64,000 nt of DNA. It comes from a virus (taxonomy: Duplodnaviria; Caudoviricetes). Shown here piece by piece: positions 58,455-64,000 of the stretch (position 1 is the stretch's first letter; every line of letters starts with the position of its first letter). The notes below the pieces were generated by a model, which saw only the letters and a list, made by a program, of their open reading frames with translations, did no database searches and had not been told where the DNA came from. The position numbers and the translations under genes are program-made. The DNA lies in the IMG/VR virus record IMGVR_UViG_3300014205_000174; one strand, 5' to 3'.

Positions 58455-59279
58455 ATGGAGACATCAACCAAAGTAATAATAGGGTCTGTAGTTTTCCTTT
58501 CTTTAGCCGGCGTGGCGTACTTCGCGTTTGGAAGAAAGAAAAACCAGTCTTCGGATGGTACAATCTATCCGGAGCCCGGCGGCACAGGTGGCTTTAATCA
58601 GCCGCCTGGAAAAACTACACCTATTGCCGACCCGACCACGGACGCTCCTTATGTGAACACTAAGGCCAGCCCCCAAAACCAGGCTGTTATCGTAGTGAAT
58701 AAAAATGCACCGGTAGCATACGTTGATTTCGGTAATATTATGTCGGCAAATGCGCAGCAGGTAGTAGAAGAAAAACCACCTAAAAAGGAAGTCGGAATCC
58801 CTTTTGAGCAACGTAGTTTTGATTGGGCCGACAAGAATGATTTTCCGGCGGCCACATTGATGTTAATTGACGGCATTACAAGTAAGCTGTCTTGGCAGAA
58901 GACATTTATGAATGATTACGAATATAAGGTGAAGAATGAAAAAGACAAGTATATGGGTGGCTTGTTCTACAAGGTACTAGACAGGATGTTTGATGAAGGG
59001 TGGAAGCATCGCACCTGTAGCAGAAGTAGGAATGCGGGAGATTTTTTAAATAGAACAAGTACGCAAATAAAAGCAATACTAAATTTACCAGAGTCGGATA
59101 TCCCAACAAGAAATCTTGTCTGCGGGCAGCCTACCATAGATTTCTTACAGGCATATGCGAACTGTAAGGATTGGGAGGCCATTGATACTGCTAACAGAGA
59201 CCCGTATGCCCCACAACATGCGGTATCGTTGGCAATGCGGTTTGTAGCGCAATACAAAAGAATGATGGGGTTTAGTTAG
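58455..59279 (+). CDS. N-terminal TM protein
   Basis: METSTKVIIG..FGRKK. Confidence 0.7.
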   Translation: METSTKVIIGSVVFLSLAGVAYFAFGRKKNQSSDGTIYPEPGGTGGFNQPPGKTTPIADPTTDAPYVNTKASPQNQAVIVVNKNAPVAYVDFGNIMSANAQQVVEEKPPKKEVGIPFEQRSFDWADKNDFPAATLMLIDGITSKLSWQKTFMNDYEYKVKNEKDKYMGGLFYKVLDRMFDEGWKHRTCSRSRNAGDFLNRTSTQIKAILNLPESDIPTRNLVCGQPTIDFLQAYANCKDWEAIDTANRDPYAPQHAVSLAMRFVAQYKRMMGFS

Positions 59280-59338
59280 TACTGTATTGCATTTTAAAAA
59301 CTGTAAAATACTTTTTATATATTTAAATAAACATCGCA

Positions 59339-59632
59339 ATGGAAAAAAGAACGAAAATCATAATCGGAGTTGTTAGTACGCTATTGGTATCAATAGTTGT
59401 GTACGCTATTGTCAAAGCGCAATCTGGCTCAGGCGCAGTGACGTCATCCGTACCGGAATTTGATGCGGATACGCAAATAGACACAGGTGCGATAGACACT
59501 AGCACGATAGTGAATACCAATGCGCCTATACAGAAGATAAACCCGTATGCACCTACGCCAGCGTCCGAGAACCCACCACCAATACCTGGAGGTATAGGGT
59601 ACTATAAAAATAAGCCACGCATGGGAGCATAA
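59339..59632 (+). CDS. N-terminal TM protein
   Basis: MEKRTKIIIGVV. Confidence 0.65.
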   Translation: MEKRTKIIIGVVSTLLVSIVVYAIVKAQSGSGAVTSSVPEFDADTQIDTGAIDTSTIVNTNAPIQKINPYAPTPASENPPPIPGGIGYYKNKPRMGA

Positions 59633-59645
59633 AACATACTTCAAC

Positions 59646-60287
59646 ATGAGCAAACATATAATAGGAGATAGTGACGTAGCTAATAGGGCAATCATTGGCG
59701 GTGCCGATGACCAGTGGGCTAATAGCTTTGGTGATGTTCTGCTCAATGTACTGAGCGGCGGCGTTACCGGGGCTATAACGGTTCATAATAATGGTGGAGA
59801 TGCCGACAGTGTGATGCGGCATGTTCTTACCGGAGGCATGTCATTTACGGCAGATGAAACCGGTATAAGTAAAGGGTTCAAAACTAAAACACAAAGAGAA
59901 TCGGATGCGTGGAATCAAAAAAACCCATACACGCTTTTCCCTCTTCCAGCTAACCCTACATGCCGGAACATGACCGACTTAAAAAACAGGCTCATTTTAG
60001 AACAGGCTTCAGCGCAATATACGTATACCGGGAAAATTATAAAGTATATACAGGAGATAGATAAAGCGCTATCTGATAACAATTGCAAAAAAGCACTTGA
60101 GGATGAGACTGCGGCCAACCAGCAGAATCGTTTATTAAGTGCTGCACAAGCGGCGCTGGGTGTAAACACCAAGTCGTCCGCCTCATCTGGTTCCGGGATG
60201 GGGTTGTCGCCGCTGTCTATTGCATTAATAGTGGGTGGCGTTATGATGACCGCAGTCCTGATAGTTGCATTAAAGCCTGCGAGCTAA
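59646..60287 (+). CDS. C-terminal TM protein
   Basis: Ser/Gly linker followed by a TM. Confidence 0.7.
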   Translation: MSKHIIGDSDVANRAIIGGADDQWANSFGDVLLNVLSGGVTGAITVHNNGGDADSVMRHVLTGGMSFTADETGISKGFKTKTQRESDAWNQKNPYTLFPLPANPTCRNMTDLKNRLILEQASAQYTYTGKIIKYIQEIDKALSDNNCKKALEDETAANQQNRLLSAAQAALGVNTKSSASSGSGMGLSPLSIALIVGGVMMTAVLIVALKPAS

Positions 60288-60323
60288 AACAATATTTATT
60301 TCATTTTTAAAATAATAAGCAAA

Positions 60324-60719
60324 ATGGATGCAAAAAGAATCGGAGTATCGGCAGTAGGTGGTGTGGTAGGATATTGGGCCGGAGGTAGAATTGCTAAAAT
60401 GATGCCGGGAAATAAATACGGCAAGTATTTTGGGCCGGTATTAGGTGTGGCCGCCACGGTAGTTTTATACAATGCTTACGGTGAGGGTATAAAGATTCAG
60501 GCCGGTAATGGTTTCAGCAATGCATCTGGAACTAATCGTGCGCAATATTCGCAACGAGACAGTAATGGTAACGTTGTCATGGCAGCGGCTCCCGGTAAAG
60601 CTGCATTAACCAGTGCTGCGGTTAATAAAACACGGCGGCAACCAGCAAACCCTGGACTCTCTTTTAAAGAGCGCTACGATAAATTCATGAAACAATATTT
60701 TGGCATCGGCAGAGCATAA
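60324..60719 (+). CDS. glycine-zipper membrane protein, paralogue of 60754
   Basis: FSNASG motif. Confidence 0.7.
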   Translation: MDAKRIGVSAVGGVVGYWAGGRIAKMMPGNKYGKYFGPVLGVAATVVLYNAYGEGIKIQAGNGFSNASGTNRAQYSQRDSNGNVVMAAAPGKAALTSAAVNKTRRQPANPGLSFKERYDKFMKQYFGIGRA

Positions 60720-60753
60720 TATACCAATATCAAAAATCCTTAAACAATAGCAG

Positions 60754-61134
60754 ATGGACGGTAAAAAAATAGGTGCGACAATAGTAGGCGGGGTGATAGG
60801 CTCGGTGGTCGGATTCGGCATCGCCAGTTTACTTGCAGACAATAAATATGCTAAATTAATGGGGCCTGCATTCGGGCTTACTGTGGCATTGGCTGTTTAT
60901 ACAAGGTACAAGCCAAGTGTAGCTGGTAGCGACACTGATGCTGGATATAGCAATGCTATAGGTAAAGGAGGATGGGCGACAGGCGGCAGTTATCTTCCAT
61001 CGTTCCCTGCCAGCTCCAGCGGCTCTTCTGCTAAAACAGAGCGCAAGAAATTATGGCCAAAGTACAGCAAGGTGCAAAAATCAGATAGTAAGGAGCGCAA
61101 GGATATAAGCCTGGATACTAGAATATTATATTAA
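60754..61134 (+). CDS. glycine-zipper membrane protein, paralogue of 60324
   Basis: YSNAIG motif. Confidence 0.7.
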   Translation: MDGKKIGATIVGGVIGSVVGFGIASLLADNKYAKLMGPAFGLTVALAVYTRYKPSVAGSDTDAGYSNAIGKGGWATGGSYLPSFPASSSGSSAKTERKKLWPKYSKVQKSDSKERKDISLDTRILY

Positions 61135-61140
61135 AATTAT

Positions 61141-61148
61141 TACCTTTG
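61141..61148 (+). promoter_or_regulatory. Bacteroidota-type -7 promoter box
   Basis: TACCTTTG (TAnnTTTG) 16 nt upstream of the ATG at 61165. Confidence 0.55.
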
Positions 61149-61164
61149 TCGGAAACAAACCGGC

Positions 61165-61602
61165 ATGACAAAGACAATAATTACCGACGAGGAGAGAATA
61201 AAATCAATTATAAGGGAGACATTCGAGGGGGACGTAAACCAAAGACAATATTTTATCTGGAAAACCCACGAAGACTCTATAAAAGATACGTTCGAGAAAA
61301 ATAAAGAAGCGCGTGATTTGTATAGCTCTCATTTTTATGAGTTGACAGCGGAAGATGGCAGATTACTTGGTTTTATAAACATCATCCCATCGCTTAATAT
61401 GCTGTTCAGCTTTGGGCTAAAGCAGGAGGAGCGTACAGAAGAGAATAAGCGTTATTTTATACAGGCTATAGAAGAGGCAATACCAAATGGAGACATAGCT
61501 TGTAGTCTTTATAGTAAAAATACAAGGGGCATACGGTTCCTGGAGAACAATGGGTTTAGCAGGCAGGAGAATACAATAACTTTAGTTAAAAAACGAGAAT
61601 AG
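61165..61602 (+). CDS. GNAT-family acetyltransferase-like protein
   Basis: LLGFINI..SLYSKNTRGIRFLENNGF. Confidence 0.7.
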   Translation: MTKTIITDEERIKSIIRETFEGDVNQRQYFIWKTHEDSIKDTFEKNKEARDLYSSHFYELTAEDGRLLGFINIIPSLNMLFSFGLKQEERTEENKRYFIQAIEEAIPNGDIACSLYSKNTRGIRFLENNGFSRQENTITLVKKRE

Positions 61603-61604
61603 AA

Positions 61605-61970
61605 ATGGCTGTATTGTTAATAGTTGGTGTTGTTGGTGCTGTTGTTGGTCTTACCGGTACCGCAGTTGGTGCCGGGCAGAAGAGTAAGGCCATGAAGCTG
61701 AGCAAGCAAATGGCTATAACGCAGAACCAGCAGAATGCATTACTAAGTGACAGGCAGAACAATACGCAGATAGAAATAGGTATTAACCATGACGTAGGTT
61801 CTGTCATTAGCTCTGTGATTAAAACAAGGCTTGATAACGAGGCGACCATAACGGCAGCGGCCCGGGCCGCAACAATGAGCAAGCAGGGAGACCTGCTTAT
61901 TATGGTTGGCGCTGGAATCACAGTACTCTCTTTGGCGGTTTTGGTTTTCAGGCGAAAAAAGCAAACATAA
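61605..61970 (+). CDS. membrane protein
   Basis: N- and C-terminal hydrophobic helices, RRKK tail. Confidence 0.7.
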   Translation: MAVLLIVGVVGAVVGLTGTAVGAGQKSKAMKLSKQMAITQNQQNALLSDRQNNTQIEIGINHDVGSVISSVIKTRLDNEATITAAARAATMSKQGDLLIMVGAGITVLSLAVLVFRRKKQT

Positions 61971-61999
61971 TTTATTCTTAAGCGCATAAAACACATATT

Positions 62000-62359
62000 A
62001 TGAACAGAGAGATATCGTACCAAAACTGGAATAACTCAAACACGGCATTTGTCAATGCTTCCGGTGATGATGAAAAGACCGGTGCCGGCCAATTTATCAG
62101 CGGACTAGGAAACTGGTTCGGGGATAACTCGGATAATATTTTCAAGCTGGCCGAAACCAAGATTAAGGCAGATACGCAAAAGGCCATAGCCAATGGCAGT
62201 AACATCGATACTACCGGCAATGTAGGTAATGTCGGTGCGTCAACATATGTGCCGGAGCCACCCAGCAACACTGGGTTTTATATTATGGCTACTGTTGGTG
62301 TCCTGGTTGTTGTCGGCGGCATTACTTATTTTGCAATGAAGAAAAAAACCGGGGCGTAA
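62000..62359 (+). CDS. C-terminal TM protein
   Basis: FVNASG motif; TM followed by KKK. Confidence 0.7.
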   Translation: MNREISYQNWNNSNTAFVNASGDDEKTGAGQFISGLGNWFGDNSDNIFKLAETKIKADTQKAIANGSNIDTTGNVGNVGASTYVPEPPSNTGFYIMATVGVLVVVGGITYFAMKKKTGA

Positions 62360-62365
62360 TAAAAC

Positions 62366-62746
62366 ATGGACTATCTCAATGACGTAGGCACCCAACCAAG
62401 TTTCTGGTCATCCAATGGTTCATGGATATCCCAGGGGGTTTCTGCTGTCGGAGGTATAGCGGCAGGTTATCTTTCAGCAAAAGAGCAGGCCAAAACCAAC
62501 AGAGACATAGCGTCAATGGATGTGCGGGGTAAGACCGAGGTGGCTAAATCGCAACTTGACGCGGAGCGGTATATACAGGAGCACCATGATTTGACGGCCA
62601 TAGAGATTGAAAAGATAAGGGCTATGGCCGCGATAAACGCTCCGCAAGCGCCAGCTAAAAGCAACGTAGTGATGATTGGTATTTTTGGTTTTTTAATAGT
62701 AGCAACGGTGGGTATTTTTTATATTGGAAGTATGCAACCTAAATAA
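62366..62746 (+). CDS. C-terminal TM protein, paralogue of 55612
   Basis: YLNDVG; GGIAAGYLSA. Confidence 0.7.
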   Translation: MDYLNDVGTQPSFWSSNGSWISQGVSAVGGIAAGYLSAKEQAKTNRDIASMDVRGKTEVAKSQLDAERYIQEHHDLTAIEIEKIRAMAAINAPQAPAKSNVVMIGIFGFLIVATVGIFYIGSMQPK

Positions 62747-62771
62747 TAATTTTCTCACTTAAATCGCAGTC

Positions 62772-62936
62772 ATGAAAAAGAATAAAATACTTTTTATTTC
62801 ATCGTTTATTTTGGTGTTGTTTTTTATTGCAGACCTGATATATCCCAGTAAAGCAAACAAATCGAATATCAACACCAATACCGACATGAATACGCAGGAA
62901 TACACAAGGCCAATTCAGTCAATAACAAGCAGATAA
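62772..62936 (+). CDS. 54-aa single-TM protein (not in the ORF track)
   Basis: MKKNKILFISSFILVLFFIADLIYP. Confidence 0.5.
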   Translation: MKKNKILFISSFILVLFFIADLIYPSKANKSNINTNTDMNTQEYTRPIQSITSR

Positions 62937-62960
62937 GGTTCATGGTTTAAACCAAGTAAA

Positions 62961-63443
62961 TTGAAAAGAGTTTTTATTTTATTATTGCTTGCAGGGGCCA
63001 TTGGTGGCGGGTTATGGTATTATAAAAGGGAGACCGACCTGTTGAAGAAATTCAAGGTAGACATTGCAGGGTATAAGGTGACGGATTATACCATTGCCAA
63101 CATGAACCTGGTAGTTACGTTTATGATTACATCCTACAATTCCATAGAGGGAGAGATTACGGGGTCTAATCTGGATATCTATATAAATGGTAGTTATGTA
63201 GGCAATGCATTTAATAATGAATCGCAGATAATACCAGCTCACGGATATAATTACGTGAACGTAAATCTAAAGTTGAATAATGCGCAGTTGGTGCAGAGTG
63301 CATTGAATATAATTGCCGCAGATAAAAACAAGGCAATCAGTATCCGCACTGTAGGTACTGTAAAAGTGAAGACCGGATTTATTGCAATGAATATTCCTGT
63401 TGACGACACGCAGACCACATCGTTAACAAAATTGTTGAAATAG
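62961..63443 (+). CDS. LEA_2/WHy-like beta-sandwich membrane protein
   Basis: N-terminal TM; LDIYINGSYVG..QIIPAHG..V.L. Confidence 0.65.
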   Translation: MKRVFILLLLAGAIGGGLWYYKRETDLLKKFKVDIAGYKVTDYTIANMNLVVTFMITSYNSIEGEITGSNLDIYINGSYVGNAFNNESQIIPAHGYNYVNVNLKLNNAQLVQSALNIIAADKNKAISIRTVGTVKVKTGFIAMNIPVDDTQTTSLTKLLK

Positions 63444-63493
63444 TTTTGAGAATAGACATTAAATTATTAAATTTACCAAACACACATACTTAA

Positions 63494-63805
63494 ATGTTCG
63501 GAGGTAATTACGGTTTCTTTGGAGGGGGTGTTGGTGGGTCGTCGGCTGCTATCGTAGATATACAGCAGTATACGGTTAGCCAGTCGGTGGGTGTCCCGCA
63601 GCCGGGAGCGACCAGCTTTACTTTTCCTACTGGCCTGGTGGGGACGAACGTGACTGTTTTTGTGAATGGATATGGGTACCTTGTACCGACTGTTCAGTTC
63701 TCATATACTACAAGCGCAAGTGGCGTAACAGGGATAACATTACTCACCGGATTGCAATTTCAGGAGGGGGAATTTTGGACATTTACTGGATTTGTGGAGC
63801 CGTAG
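63494..63805 (+). CDS. beta-rich hypothetical protein, possibly structural
   Basis: Gly-rich N-terminus; VTVFVNG. Confidence 0.65.
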   Translation: MFGGNYGFFGGGVGGSSAAIVDIQQYTVSQSVGVPQPGATSFTFPTGLVGTNVTVFVNGYGYLVPTVQFSYTTSASGVTGITLLTGLQFQEGEFWTFTGFVEP

Positions 63806-63823
63806 TTTTTTAAAAGTTATTTT

Positions 63824-64000
63824 ATGAAGAGACTTTTTTTAATTTGTTTATTATTTTTGAGTATTAAGGCGTTAGGCCAGGCTCAGCCGTATTATACGAT
63901 ATACAACTATGGCAATGCATTTCAGCGATTAGCGGCATATACGTCGTTACTGATGCCATTGCGGGATACTACGCTACTTACGGACAGTACCAGGGCTGGC
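63824..64000 (+). CDS. signal-peptide protein, 3'-truncated by the window edge
   Basis: MKRLFLICLLFLSIKALG|Q: signal peptide with Gln at +1. Confidence 0.6.
   Translation, partial: MKRLFLICLLFLSIKALGQAQPYYTIYNYGNAFQRLAAYTSLLMPLRDTTLLTDSTRAG

Noticed and set aside
440-63242. Many minus-strand and nested ORFs overlapping long + strand genes (e.g. 440-1171, 13552-14199, 23369-23944, 25912-26418)
   Set aside because: Antisense shadows of coding sequence with no recognisable motifs
1-64000. CRISPR array near the RuvC nucleases
   Set aside because: No repeat-spacer series seen; repeats are intragenic or have only two copies
1-64000. Stop-codon reassignment
   Set aside because: Genes are long and densely packed in the standard code, and TAA, TAG and TGA all end genes
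1-64000. Eukaryotic giant virus (NCLDV), suggested by TopoIB, the A32-like ATPase and GG motifs
   Set aside because: tmRNA, sigma-54 and TAnnTTTG promoters, intrinsic terminators, a peptidoglycan hydrolase and Csp point to a bacterial host

Overview
The window is part of a large, gene-dense dsDNA virus genome with mostly + strand genes, the standard genetic code and no cellular housekeeping operons. The host is most likely Bacteroidota, from TAnnTTTG promoters, no Shine-Dalgarno sites, a Bacteroidota-type cold-shock protein and a Gln+1 signal peptide. No HK97 capsid, portal, terminase or tail gene is recognisable. Instead there is an A32/P9-type FtsK-HerA packaging ATPase (42665-43552), a beta-rich, codon-biased candidate major capsid protein (44607-45353) and a long run of about 50 small genes, mostly single-TM proteins, many sharing a [FY]-x-[NSG]-[AF]-x-G motif also found in the capsid candidate's N-terminal arm. 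I infer a very large tailless, membrane-containing virus. Left half: four polyproteins are divided into domains by about 35 copies of a hydrophobic-x-x-Gly-Gly motif; the domains include topoisomerase IB, ParB-like, ADP-ribosyltransferase, GNAT and a CCA-adding enzyme/HD. There is also a Strawberry-notch helicase, a MoxR ATPase with a class 3 intein plus a vWA-like partner, and an LPD23/zincin protein. An 8.3-11 kb RNA island has a circularly permuted (two-piece) tmRNA, a tRNA with a 96-nt anticodon loop and several near-consensus sigma-54 promoters. Three solo TnpB-type nucleases are present; two are followed by diverged, largely synonymously recoded copies of neighbouring genes at the expected guide position. 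All family calls come from reading motifs by eye; no database searches were run.
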